A stretch of 63,958 nucleotides of DNA, the filler included, from Phoronis australis (lineage: Eukaryota; Animalia; Phoronida), in assembly GCA_002633005.1 (NCBI GenBank). It is 7 parts of 7 records of this genome, joined end to end, with 100 filler letters (N's around TTAATTAATTAA, not from the genome) between each part and the next. Parts side by side here need not be neighbours in the genome. Positions count along the whole stretch, not along the records: positions 1 to 30,867 come from NMRA01001014.1; 6 more parts are not named here. One strand, given 5' to 3'. Both the position numbers and the translations under genes were made by a program. The notes beneath the pieces were generated by a model. It was not told where the DNA came from. It was given only the letters and a program-made list of their open reading frames with translations, and did no database searches. This document shows, in pieces, positions 1 through 12,803 of the stretch; within the stretch, counting starts at the first letter, position 1, and each line of letters starts with the position of its first letter.

Positions 1-1589
1 AACCCAGCTCAAATGATTAATTGGTTGCCTACCGACTGATTCTTTTCCCATGCATTGATGTATTCAATACTGGTGGTTGCAGGAACTGCAAGCCACAAAA
101 TAATTTTTCATTAAGTTGAGCATTTAGGTGATGCATTTCTGAATAACAAACAATCCGAATGTTTGAACGCCGTTGTCCAACCATTCGGGATGACCGTTTG
201 TTACTTCTTTCATTAAGGAGCTATGTCACATCATCTTTTCACAGTGCTACTTTTCGTGTATGGCTATGACATCAGATTGGTCTGTATGTCATCATAGATT
301 ATAGACAACAGATTCGCAAGTCCGACATTTTTTCCGCGCTATCCAAGAGGAGGCGCCACTCTCCTAAATTAGTGCAGTTTCCTGTTAGAGTATTTTGACG
401 GGAACTTCTCGCATATACTTTACTGTCCAGTTTAACGAAAAAAAAAATAAATTCGGCATTGAAACGCTGTTCAAAGTATTCCAATAGTAGAACTGTTGGT
501 ATCGTGAGTACTTTTGGCATTGCTACTGGTAATTAATTACAAAATTTAAACTTCAGTGCCGACTGATCATATCGTCTGTTTGCACAATAGTAGCCTTGGT
601 ACAAAGCCGTATACTAAATATATGTATTTTGACGGCAGTCTCCATACAGCTAGCTGACTTTCTAGCACAATAGCAGCATAGTTATCGGACAGTTTGGGAT
701 TCATGATTCACATACTCAGAAAACTACGAAAATATATTTGTGCACAAATTCTAAGGAGTACCGGTGAATGCAAAAGATACTTATGTAACGTTTTTGTTTT
801 AGAAAATTTTTAATTTTGTTCGGATTAAAAAATGCGCCTCTGCAACGATTTCACTGGTCTAACCTTTGTATGTTTATAATTCAACATTCTCAAGTGAGCA
901 GTTCTTTTGGGAAGTGTTAAGTGGCCCTTAAAAGGGCCGTTGATTATACTGTACATGAGCCTTAGGTATAGCGTGAAATGATTCTTAAAAGAACCGTTGA
1001 ATAACCCAACATAAATCACACAGTATACCGTGCTCACTCAAGTACTGAAGGTCCTCTTCATTCAAGTTTTCATCAGGGAAGGTTAGATGAAAACAGAGAA
1101 GATGACAATATCGATGACAGTTGTAACACCTTATATAGATGTTACCGTTCACCAACGTTATCACGAACCCTGCCTCTTTCAGTTCTTGTTCCTGGATTCA
1201 GAAGTAACCCTGAACCGTGGGGAAAAAGGCATACAACAAAAAGGAGTCAAATTTCAAAAATCATCGCCTTCGTACGATTCCGTGTTGCTGTCGCCAGACT
1301 GATGTTCCTCCCCAACATCAATGTCGAAAATCGACGTTAAAAGTGATGGAAACGTTGTTTCTAACTTTTAACCCATTTTAAAAAAGGGGTGTACTGATTT
1401 TGATAAAGCATATTTTTTAGGTTTTACAATTCTTAATTGTGTTGAGTGCAATCATATTAAGTGGCCTCATTGAGTTGAACAGAAAATAAATTAAATGTAA
1501 CACAATAAAGTTTTGAAAATAAATAGAGCAGTAACAGGACTCCCTAAAAATCGAGCTGTATTCGAAAACTTTGCGCCATTGGTGATCTG

Positions 1590-1992
1590 GGCCCAGTCTC
1601 TAACATTTTTACTCGAAACGGACTTGAAATTATGTTTGGCATTTTCTACTCTACTTTTGTGCAAACTCAAGATAAGTGTTTATCATTCTATGCTTGAGTA
1701 AATAAGGATTTATTAAGCGGATAATTTATTAGTCCTAGTTTGCAGTTGATAAACCCAACATTAAGGCTAAAAGTTCGTGTTTGAACTCACAATTTAGAGT
1801 TTTTACCCGAGTTTGTAGCATGAATATAATGGTCTTTAAGGGCAAACTTGGACTAGAAACTCATATGCATCAACTATAATGTATTCGAGCACAGTCTGAT
1901 AACCTGTTATTTTGAGTTTGCATAAAAGGAGCAGAGAAATTGCCAAAAATAATTTCGAGTACGTTTCGAGTACAAAGATTAGAGACGAGGCC
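1590..1992. mobile_element. MITE, PIF/Harbinger-like (GGCC ends, CTG TSD)
   Basis: TIR ggcccagtctctaa...actcgaaa / tttcgagtacaaagattagagacgaggcc, with CTG on both sides. A truncated inverted relative sits at 39081-39325. Confidence 0.7.
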
Positions 1993-4595
1993 CTGATTGG
2001 TTCATGCACTTACGGCGGGAAAATAATAGACCAAGTATCGTACACGTGTGCACTGTAGCAACATTTTGTATCTTATTCTTATTTGGCTAATCTGTTGACA
2101 CAATAAATTTCCTTATTTATGCCCATCCTGATTTGACCGCAACTTGTGCTTGTTGGTTTCTATCATATGTTGGGTTGGCATAAAGGGACCCACGTGGTGT
2201 TTATTCGAATGGGCTTCATTTTACCACCTATTTCAAATTGTGTAGTTGAAGTACAGTAAATAAACAAAGTGGGTGATTCTCATCACCGGAATTTCATCAT
2301 TCGTATCTATTGCCGAGTGCTCAAATTTTTTAGACTAGGTATTGTCACATTTGTAAGGTAAAAGTGTTTCGCTGGACTTCGAGGTCTGCGGCGTTATTTA
2401 TACCGGACTAAAATTAAAAAACGAGGCCCTTGTTTAAATCAGGAGCTGCATGATACACGTTTTACCAGACATGCGCAGGCAGCGCATGTGGGCCCACTGC
2501 ACTGATCACTTGGAACCATTTTTATGGTTTCTAATATATAGTTAAACCAAGCTGAGGAGCTTGAAAATTGATTCACGGCAATTTTTGACAGTGGGATTTT
2601 CTGAAAAATGCTCGTAAGTTAACAAACAAAGTTTGATAGCAATGCACTGCAGTTTTGTAGAAACTCTGTCTTGATTACAGATGCGTCACAGAGCGTAAAT
2701 TTGATGAATTCTAGCTTACGATTTCATATGCGGATTTAGGGGGGGCCCAAGGGGCCCGCCCCCCCCCCACCCCTTAGCTGCCGCAAAAAATAAAACAGCA
2801 AGAGCGTAGGGAAATGTTGAATTTATTAATTAATCCCGGTAATTANNNNNNNNNNNNNNNNNNNNNNNNNNNNNNNNNNNNNNNNNNNNNNNNNNNNNNN
2901 NNNNNNNNNNNNNNNNNNNNNNNNNNNNNNNNNNNNNNNNNNNNNNNNNNNNNNNNNNNNNNNNNNNNNNNNNNNNNNNNNNNNNNNNNNNNNNNNNNNN
3001 NNNNNNNNNNNNNNNNNNNNNNNNNNNNNNNNNNNNNNNNNNNNNNNNNNNNNNNNNNNNNNNNNNNNNNNNNNNNNNNNNNNNNNNNNNNNNNNNNNNN
3101 NNNNNNNNNNNNNNNNNNNNNNNNNNNNNNNNNNNNNNNNNNNNNNNNNNNNNNNNNNNNNNNNNNNNNNNNNNNNNNNNNNNNNNNNNNNNNNNNNNNN
3201 NNNNNNNNNNNNNNNNNNNNNNNNNNNNNNNNNNNNNNNNNNNNNNNNNNNNNNNNNNNNNNNNNNNNNNNNNNNNNNNNNNNNNNNNNNNNNNNNNNNN
3301 NNNNNNNNNNNNNNNNNNNNNNNNNNNNNNNNNNNNNNNNNNNNNNNNNNNNNNNNNNNNNNNNNNNNNNNNNNNNNNNNNNNNNNNNNNNNNNNNNNNN
3401 NNNNNNNNNNNNNNNNNNNNNNNNNNNNNNNNNNNNNNNNNNNNNNNNNNNNNNNNNNNNNNNNNNNNNNNNNNNNNNNNNNNNNNNNNNNNNNNNNNNN
3501 NNNNNNNNNNNNNNNNNNNNNNNNNNNNNNNNNNNNNNNNNNNNNNNNNNNNNNNNNNNNNNNNNNNNNNNNNNNNNNNNNNNNNNNNNNNNNNNNNNNN
3601 NNNNNNNNNNNNNNNNNNNNNNNNNNNNNNNNNNNNNNNNNNNNNNNNNNNNNNNNNNNNNNNNNNNNNNNNNNNNNNNNNNNNNNNNNNNNNNNNNNNN
3701 NNNNNNNNNNNNNNNNNNNNNNNNNNNNNNNNNNNNNNNNNNNNNNNNNNNNNNNNNNNNNNNNNNNNNNNNNNNNNNNNNNNNNNNNNNNNNNNNNNNN
3801 AGCACCCCCCCCCCCCCTTCCTGAAGCGGAATATTCTAAGCGCCCTGGCCGCTTATTAGGGCGAATACGGTATTATTTCAGAAGGAAAATACTTATTATC
3901 CTTTATAAACGGGAACCATTTTGCTACATTAGGAGTGGGATTGGTACATTATGAACCCTACAGGTGGCATAGGACTTTACAAAACTGGTTGAAGAATTTT
4001 GTTTTCGTCATAAACGTTCGTTTGAAAGGCTTAAGTCTGGAAATGTTAGGCCTTAAGGCGGAAATTTAAAAATCATTTGTCCGCTTACAAAAATTTAACA
4101 CTGAATAATAAAAACAACCTTCACACCCCTCTAGTGTTCCTGTGCCGTGTTTTCAAAGAAGTTGATTGACTTTTCATAGACTGCAGTCGAGAGATTTTGT
4201 GCGGCATATATTCGACATAAAGTGAGTGTGTAACCTGCCGTTGAATTGCGAGATAGATTTCGGGAAGGCAAATTGGTTATTTCTGGACTATTAATGTGAT
4301 CTTTATTGATGTTAAAGGGTTTACTAGCATTCAATTCATTTGTACACGGTGATCCTAATCCCGACAAAATGTGCGCATTCTGCTGAGATAGTAACCGCCT
4401 GATTAGGGCCATCGAATATGACTAATTTGGTTAATTCGCACACTAGGCTATGACTTAAGTTCCTCGTAAGGACTGGAGTTCCTGAATCACTATCTTTTGA
4501 AAGTTTTTTCTCTCACAGCCGATTATGGGGTCTGCATACGCTATGGAAGCTAACGCCTTTGTATTTCGCCTGTGTGGCCGAACACCCGACAACAC

Positions 4596-5356
4596 GCAGA
4601 ATGGTGAATGTTGGCCAAATCCCCTTTTGTCCACTGACGTCACAAGCATACTGGCGCACCCTGTGGAGGCCCTGAGAACTCGTAAACAAGCATGCTGGCG
4701 ACTGTGATTAAAGTATTTTTATGATTTTTCCAGTGTCGCTATGTTTTAGTGTGTTTTTTAAATTAATTTTGCATGTTATACCTCTCAGAAAATTAATATT
4801 GTTCCAATAAATTAAGAAAATTGGAATATTCATTTCTCGCGATCCTGCAACAACATCCAAAGGTTCTTCTGTGTTACACACGGCAAAGCCAAAGTTTTAT
4901 CCACACGCGAAATAACATCATTTACGCTCGACTAAAAAGGAATCTTTCAATCATAATTAATTGAGACTATATACCATTCATTATTATATAACATGCATTA
5001 TGTTTTTAGGAAAAAACGATACTCGACGTCCCACAATAAATACAGCCTCTCGTTCAGTAACGCTAGGACCTCGCTAATAAGCAAGACTTCGCGAGATTAC
5101 GTGAGATATTGCCGTGTATTTTAAATGAGAGCACGTGACTTTGACTAGGTTTTAGCTAGGTCCTAGCGTAGGTCCTACCGTCTACTGAACGCACGCCAGG
5201 TCTGTTCGCCACCTTGACTCGGCCGTTGGTAGGCTGGATACTTCCGGGTTCATGAACTCGGTTTATTTACGAGATCTTAGGGCCTCCACGGGGGGCGCCA
5301 GTATGCTTTTGACGTCAGTGGACAAAAGGGGATTTGACAAACATTCACCATTCTGC
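4596..5356. mobile_element. Mutator (MULE)-like MITE
   Basis: About 95-bp TIRs starting GCAGAATGGTGAATGTT. Perfect 9-bp TSD CGACAACAC (4587-4595, 5357-5365). Confidence 0.8.
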
Positions 5357-7922
5357 CGACAACACAGCAACATGATTAGCAGACGACGTACTTGCCGGAA
5401 ATAACACCAGACAATCTGGCCTGGTGACGTTAGTAAATAATGACGTAACGGCTTGTGCTAAACGTCACAGATTTCGTCCATTCGTATATGGAATTGGCGG
5501 TCCATGAACTATAGTCTATGATGTCATCGAGAAACTATCAGGGCTGCGTCCTGTAGACTGCAAATCGTTCATTACATGTAGCTTCCACGTGAGGTGAGAA
5601 AACGTGGCTTATGGATCGGAAGCAGCGAATTCTATCCCATAATTTGTAAATGCTATGGCATAATTCAACATTCCAATCTCACCGACCAATCACTTCAGTG
5701 GCCGCCATTTTGCTAGGATAGGCTAGTAAACTCCTGAGCATACTCACGAAACTCTCGCCTTTCGATCACATGAATTTGCATAGTTTCACTTGATCTCGCG
5801 GTTCTCGCAATAAACTTGGTCTACAGAACACTGCCCAGATTTCTCAGCCGGTGTGTACTCCTTAAAGGAGAGAACCTTACGAAGTCGCAAGGTCACTCAG
5901 GCACGGGACATCAGATGTAATTGTTTTTAGTGGATGTAAACTCATAGGGTACTCCAATCTTATTCATTTTGATTAGATCTTACAAATTTAACATTAAAAA
6001 TATACATGAACAACATAGAGCAACATAAAAATACTTTTGTTTGGTGCATTACCATTATTTCTATAAAAAGGTGTCGTAGGCTGCCAATTTAGGTAGCAGT
6101 TATTAACCGTGAACATGCAACGAAAAGAATATTACCGGTATCGGTGGAAGTCATGTTGCGAAACTAGTACATAACCCAACTCATTAGGACTGAGAGCGTG
6201 TACTTTGTATCAGATTTGGATTAGCAATGGACAAAATGCCGTTACGGGCACATATTTAAAGAAAAGTAGTACTTGAGTAGTAATCCATTCATATCCACAC
6301 AAAACACATAAGCACTTTGAATGTGCCTTTGACGTTGTTTATGCAAGTGGCTGTGGACTTTTTCAGAAAAGCAATACTTGAGAAGTTATACATGAAACAC
6401 CAGCATACGGAACGTAAATCTCAACTGTGATCTGAGTGAAGTAGCGCCGAAAGACTTCATACAACGTGTATATCAATCGCATTTATTTAGATTACATTTT
6501 AAATTGGTTTATTTTACCACTGATCAATCACATATTGCCATTTTACAATGTAGTTATTAATAACATGACGCTGAACCCTTGCCTTTAAACCAGTTTTATA
6601 ATAATTATATTTTTCAAATCAAACATGAACCAATTCAAACACGTCCATGCTTTGATTCCGTCATCATTTAGCGTTTCAACCTTCTTAGTTAAAACGGTAT
6701 CACTCTGCCGAGGTCTTCTGATTTGGTTTGAAAGGGAATGAATTGAATCATGACCACCGTTCAAAAAAAAAACTCTGGCCCGGAGCCAGTGGATTAACAG
6801 CCGGGTCAGTAAAGTTTCACATATAGGCCCATATGGATGTAGTCTCATATTCAAATAAATGACCCGGCGGGTCAGCACCTTTATTTGCTGAAGCTCGAAC
6901 ACAGATCATTACCTCATGCAGACAAGGTCATTCGATACAAAATTCGTCCATTTTCGTGTGATATTATCGTATGCTTTACTACATAAATCTACGTATTAAC
7001 TTCACACGACAAATGACGAATTGCATCGAGTAAGCGTGCGTGCAAAGTAGCGGTGTGTTTTAAACGATATTTCCAGTAACCCTTCGAAAAAAGGTTAAAA
7101 AGTAACAGACTTTCTGACGCTATAGTAACGAACGGGAATTGAACGATGCAATCTCAACCTTTCACTTTCCTCGCATAATATCGTTCATGGCATCGTTGAT
7201 CGCTCAAATTGAAAGATTTCTAAGCTCAATTTATTATAGGCCTACAATGTAGCTTTTTTTCCAATTCAACTCTCTGCATAAGATTTCGCTATTTGGTTTA
7301 GAAATAAACAAAACGTTTAATTTTTGCAGAGCGAGGGACACTGTCATTTCTGGAACGGAAGAACGCAATTTTGAAGTTATTATCGAATGGGTACTTTTTG
7401 AAGTTAGTAGCTTCCACCAGAGCTGTAAAACAAAATCCGTTGTCCGTTTTGTGATTATATTACTAATGTTCCAGTCTAGCCGATTTCTACCAGACATTCA
7501 CTGAAATCAAGGTCGATGTCTTTATCATTAAAGGTCATCAATGCCTTCCGTTTTTTGCAATGAATATTGTATGCAACAGTTACTAATATCGCCCCAGTTC
7601 TTCCCAAAACTATAACATTACCATTTGAAGATTCTTAGCTTCAAATACGTCACAAAATGTTGCAAGCAGAGTTCTCGAAATTTTGGTGTGACCTTCTTCA
7701 CGGCAACCTCGGCTGATAACCTTCACCCATAAGTGTAGTTTTACATATATTTACAGTGATGTTAAACTGATGTACCATAAAATGCATTGAAGTGAAAAGG
7801 CAGAGCAAGTGCTGTTTATCCAATGTAACTATTAGTTTGGGACTTCCTATTTCTATGTTTCGCGAGTGTTTAATAAATAAAATATTGAGTTGTGAAATAA
7901 GGCAAGGTAACACATCTTGTTG

Positions 7923-8045
7923 TGTGTAGTTATACTGCAGTTGGAATTGAACTGATGGTGTTTTGTGTAGTTATACTGCAGTTGGAATTGAACTGATGGT
8001 GTTTTGTGTAGTTATACTGCGGTTGGAATAGAACTCCTGGTGTTT
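7923..8045. repeat. 41-bp tandem repeat x3
   Basis: Unit TGTGTAGTTATACTGCAGTTGGAATTGAACTGATGGTGTTT starts at 7923, 7964 and 8005. Confidence 0.9.
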
Positions 8046-8139
8046 TCGATGAATTAACCGTTTTGTTCTTAGTCTTTTCTACTTTGAAGTTGATAATTTT
8101 TGATCCGTAGATGAAGCGCTGAATATTGAGAAACAAACA

Positions 8140-9050
8140 TTTATTTTTAAAATCAAATAAAAACATACACTCTTGTATGACTGGGTGGCCAGAAAAGGCA
8201 CGGGCCGCTAATAGCTGGCCGGCCACCGAGCAACAATAAATTAAAAAGATATAAAAAATGAAGAACAATATAGATAAAAACAGAAAAAATACACTCACAA
8301 TGAAATAAATTAAAATGCAATTTATTTATAAATTACATGAACTTCGGGGAAGGTGCCTGTGCTTAGGAATTGGTTTATAATCATAGAAATTGGTTTGAAT
8401 AATAAGGTAGAGTATTTTGATGAATAAACATGAAAGGCAATCACTGTCTGTTGTAGATTTTGATTTTAGATATTTTATTATTAATATCTCGACATCATCA
8501 ACGGTTTTAAACTTAAAGACAGCGTCAATGGAACCGTCGAGATAAATATCTTAACGTTCATTGCATATTGGTATTTGAGAAGCAAAATTCTTTCCAATGT
8601 TAAATAAATAGTTGTCGAACTGATCAGCTATTTTCTGCTTACCAGTAACGTGTCCAGGTGCAGTAGAGGTAATAAACTGAGGGAGAACATTTCTGAAAGA
8701 TGAGTTAGAAATTACTTTTTTATGGCTTGCCAAGTTTGGCGTATATCGTTTTTGTGCTGGTTGAACTGTTTTTCATAGTACATACGTTTGGTTTATTTTA
8801 TTACAGATTTAAGTATACTGTTATAATTTCGTAGTTTTAATGAGTAAATACGAGAAAAAGTAGAATCAGGAGGTGTGGCTGTCATTTTTATAGATTTTAT
8901 TGGTTTTAATATACCCAATGTAATCCAGTCGTTGATTTTATGTTTATGCTTATTGAAATATTTGGTTTTGGGTTGAAAATGTTTCTTTACCAAATCTAAA
9001 AGAATTGTTCTTAAGTGACTCTAACTGTAGTTAGGATTTTGAGATAAATC
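8140..9050 (-). mobile_element. Degraded L2/CR1-clade LINE ORF2 fragment with 3' tail
   Basis: Translates to NKHKHKINDWITLGILK...KLRNYNSILKSVIK...IADQFDNYLFNIGKNFASQIP, typical of the linker upstream of the RT domain. Frameshifted. Confidence 0.7.
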
Positions 9051-9084
9051 AATAAAAAGTGAAAATTGTACGTTAAATAGCGTC

Positions 9085-9124
9085 TCTCTCTCTCTCTCTC
9101 TCTCCCTCCCTCCCTCCCTCCCTC
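9085..9124. repeat. (CT)n/(CCCT)n microsatellite
   Basis: Direct inspection. Confidence 0.9.
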
Positions 9125-10302
9125 NGTTCGTTAATCCTTGCCAAGATCCTCTTTAGAATCTTTCACGAGATGGCTTGTTGTACAGTTTTTTTTCTGTACA
9201 CTCTAGCAAGTCTTCTAGCTTCAACTACGAAATCCCATCTGAGCATTTTCTAAACTTCTGTCCAAATTACGATAATGTACTTACTTACGATTTGCTAATA
9301 AAAACCACATCATGTTATCGAATCATATATTGGCTGTTACGATTTAATCTCACAAAGTTCTAGAATCTTTAAAGTGCATTGAACCCAGAACCAAACTAGC
9401 AAACATCATCTAAAAATAGATCTTGATCTTGACGTCTAAAATACGTGTGAACAAGATTGACCCCATGGTTTAAAAGTACATATACACACATTTGGGAAAC
9501 TTAAATGGAGCATTTGTACTAATTACTTAATCAATACTTATTCTGACAGTTTCTAAACAGCAGGATTAGGTGTGCGTACGAGACTGTGTGTCCGTTTGTA
9601 AACGTTTTTTCAACACAAATGTGTATTATCCCTAAATCATTTTCAAGAGAAGCTTAAACGAACACGCGTGTCGACTTAACTTCCGCTCAACTGAGGTGGA
9701 ACTCTTCCCATTCAAAAGGAGTGCGGCGGTTTGGGGACTCGCTCCAGCAGCTTTATGCCATGAAGTGCGTGATTGCATCGTGAACGGTAGCAGGTAACTC
9801 GTCACGTTGAAGTACAACTCTTGGTAATATTTTACACATAACATACAGAGCTTGAAGCTAAAAGAAACACCAGAGTGGAGCCAACATTACTTGAGCTGGT
9901 AAAACTGACATTCTGTCTCGTGAAATCAACCGGATGTTTTAGAGGTCCACTGTTTAAAGGTTGGTACTGTATGCTAGAGGCAATATTACGGTATCACAAA
10001 TTTGCAGCGAATATGTGGGCTTGCTTAGTAAACATCTACATGAGATATGGGTTTGGGCGAATTCGTCCCGTTCCCTCCTACTACATGTAGTGCATGAGGT
10101 TTCACATTCAAGCCATTTTTAAAACTTGACTATTGGTTTTGTTTAATTAAGTGTTGCGCACACAAACGCATGCACCAGAGTTCTGATATAGGCGTAGCTG
10201 TTGTTTTGAGACAATTGTTTGAAAAGATGCTTCGTTTTGTTCGGTTACCTGTGTTTGGATTCGTTTCATGACTTTTCACTGGAGATGTAGTCTCTTATGC
10301 AA

Positions 10303-10800
10303 GGGAGGAATCAACAATTGCTAGGATTTCAAACCTGACGTGCCGGACTTAAAAACCAGTCGGCTGAATTGGAAAATCAAAGGGCCGTGATGAAACGTGT
10401 TGTCCGGACTTCAAAACGCAATGGCCTAACCTAAAAAACTAGGTTTCTGGATCCAAAACACAATGGTCAGTGATATAAGCAGCTGTTCGGTGATCAAACA
10501 CGACGACCGGACTGGCTTCCTCAGAGACTCGCTTTGAATTTCTCGAAGGATTCCAATGACGTGTTGTGTTTATTTTTCGTACCAGTTTGTTTTGTTCAAA
10601 ATCGGCGATTTGTTCAGTCATTGTGTTTGACCACCGACCAACCTTTTAGGTCCGGCCTATCAGTTTTTTTGGGTTCGGCCATCTGGTTTTGAGGTAACGG
10701 CCCACCTGTTTTGAGGTCCGACCACCGGCCATTGGTTTCGCAGTCCAGCCAGCTCAGGTTTTGAAGTCCGGCAAGTGGTTTTCAAGTTGATGATTCACCC
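10303..10800. mobile_element. MITE-like element with subterminal short repeats
   Basis: Ends gggaggaatcaacaa / ttgatgattcaccc. Repeated ccggactt.aaaa motifs on the left and tttt..gtccgg motifs on the right. Confidence 0.5.
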
Positions 10801-11724
10801 ATTGTTATACAAGCAATCTCACAGTAGATTAATTTCAAGCGTTTTATTGGTCAGCAGGTAAATACATTGGTTGCCAGAGCAGACAATCAAGTTTTTCAAT
10901 TTGACTGGTGGTTATTTTTGCTGCGAAAATTTGTCACGTCGCTGAGCGAGATCACGTGCCTTTGCTAGGTTGATGGTTTCGTCCGCTCCGTCACTCTCTT
11001 CTTTGAGGGGGGAATCGACGTCGCGAGCGGCTTGAGCTTGTTGGCCAGCACGTTGACCAGCAGCTAAGGCCAGTGTGACTCTTTAAAAAAGAAGACAATT
11101 TTGTTTCCTTAATTACAGTGGATGTATTACATCGACGTTTCGTCCATTATTACCAATTATAGAGTACGTTGAAAGGGTCAACGGCCGGTGCAAAAGGCGG
11201 TAACCACCGAATTTAATGGAGATTTTCACCGTATGTACATCTTCATCCACAGTCATCGTCTCACGTCTGGTTCCAGCCATAATGTGTCTATACACTTACG
11301 TGAACCTGCCAATAACTCCTAAACTAGTAATCACAGCTACACGGTTTAAATCAGAGAAATGCAGGGGTACCTGCAAACTCTGGAATGCAAATATTGACAG
11401 GCATAATACGGGGCTCTCACAATTTGTGAATGAAAACCGTAAGCGTCCTGGGGTGAGTGCACTCACCTACCGGTGGCAGATGCAACTTATCGTGGTCGAT
11501 TGAAAACATCCATCGTGCTGTGTACATGTACACTGCAGGATAATTGGTAAGACGACTGACGTCGCCGAGCGCAGGATAAGGGTGCAACCGGCCCGTGGTC
11601 TCTATGTCAATGTCAACATTAACACACAAGTTCAATCTTTTAATAATCACCATAAATTATCTCATAGTAGACGCCTTTGAAGTTCTACTTAAACAGTTTC
11701 ATTAGCGATTAGTCAAACACTTAC

Positions 11725-11786
11725 TCTGCAGTCATGAGAGCAGCGAACGCCATCATTAAGACGATGAAGATTGCAGACTTGGACAT
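11725..11786 (-). CDS. Putative first coding exon encoding a signal peptide (unknown secreted protein)
   Basis: ctgcag acceptor, then ATG MSKSAIFIVLMMAFAALMTA, then a gtaagt donor. Basic N-region, hydrophobic core and small residues at the end. Confidence 0.45.
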
Positions 11787-12796
11787 AGTTGACCTGCAGT
11801 AGAGTGAAACAGTTTTAAAATTAGTGGAACGTATGCATTGATCAAAAGCAAGTATTAGCAAAATAACAAAAACACATGCTGCACTACATACAATCGAACA
11901 TCTTTACAAATACCCGTTCTGTTGTCGCACTGCATTTGTCGGTGAAAACCCAAGATCACACAGTCTTTGAGAGACCGCCTTGCATTACAAACGAAGATGT
12001 GATCCCGTTGCCTCTAGATTTTTAGGTCTACGGTGCTCAACCCAGAATTATTGACTTCCACAGATTTGTGGAAAATCTTTTAAATTTTCTGCTTAACGGT
12101 AACGGGTATCACGAAGAGGTGCCCAACTTTAGAGGGAAGGAGGTGAGGTGATTTGCGAAAGATAACCCTTTTAACTGGTATGCCCGCCGCAATTTTTATT
12201 TCTTTTCGGTGTAAATCCATCAGTCATTCATTCAAACATGAAACCATGTTTTGAAATCCTTGATATTGACAGCAACATATTTGGGGTGCGAAGTTTATGC
12301 GCGGGGTTTTGTAGTCACGCGTAACTCACACAAGCATATCTAATCCCAACAGAAAATGTATTGTATTTTGTTACCCTTTTGCCCGAGTGCTAGGCTTCAA
12401 AAACAAAAAGACCTTTTCACTTAGATTAAAGTCTTCATTTTCACTCAGCCGTCTTTTCCGGCTAAACGTCTTTGGCAGACGCACTTTGACACTATTTCGT
12501 GTTCCTCTTCGGCAGATGTACATGTAGTTCAACCCAACGTGATAAGTGCTCTGGACACAAATCGCAGTTTGAACACAGCGAGAACAAACACGGAAGGAAG
12601 AAGATGGAAGCAACATGCACACAATCTTAAAGTAAACAGGGTGTCTGAAAATGAAATTTCGTCAAGACAAAATCGAATGAAACATACAAGAACTATAGTT
12701 AAATAGAAACGTTTACCTCGAACTATTTCTAGAACGCAGCACTATAACGTTGAATGGTCAGCGTGGTATTCTGACGATGTGATGATTGTTGACCAC

Positions 12797-12803
12797 TTTT
12801 ATA
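12797..12803 (-). promoter_or_regulatory. Candidate TATA box
   Basis: TATAAAA on the minus strand about 30 bp upstream of an Inr-like TCAGAA, followed by a short non-coding exon ending GAG|gtaaac (about 12717). Confidence 0.4.

Larger units (their letters stand above)
293..5520. mobile_element. Non-autonomous P-superfamily-like DNA transposon (5.2 kb including nested inserts and an N gap)
   Basis: Termini CATAGATTATAG (293) and CTATAGTCTATG (5520) are inverted repeats. Flanked by the 7-bp direct repeat ATGTCAT (286-292, 5521-5527). The paralogous copy at about 13418-13432 shows the empty site gtATGTCATcgagaaac. Confidence 0.8.
1..7695 (+). repeat. Copy A of a local segmental duplication (homologous parts 1-292 and 5521-7695)
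   Basis: Colinear similarity to 13030-17715, e.g. ccatgcattgatgtatt, gcaagccacaaaataatttttc, gtagtaatccattcatatccacacaaaa, gtcacaaaatgttgc. Confidence 0.85.

Noticed and set aside
2814-3824. Long X-filled ORFs (also 42818-43963 and 53051-53347)
   Set aside because: Translation of N gaps.
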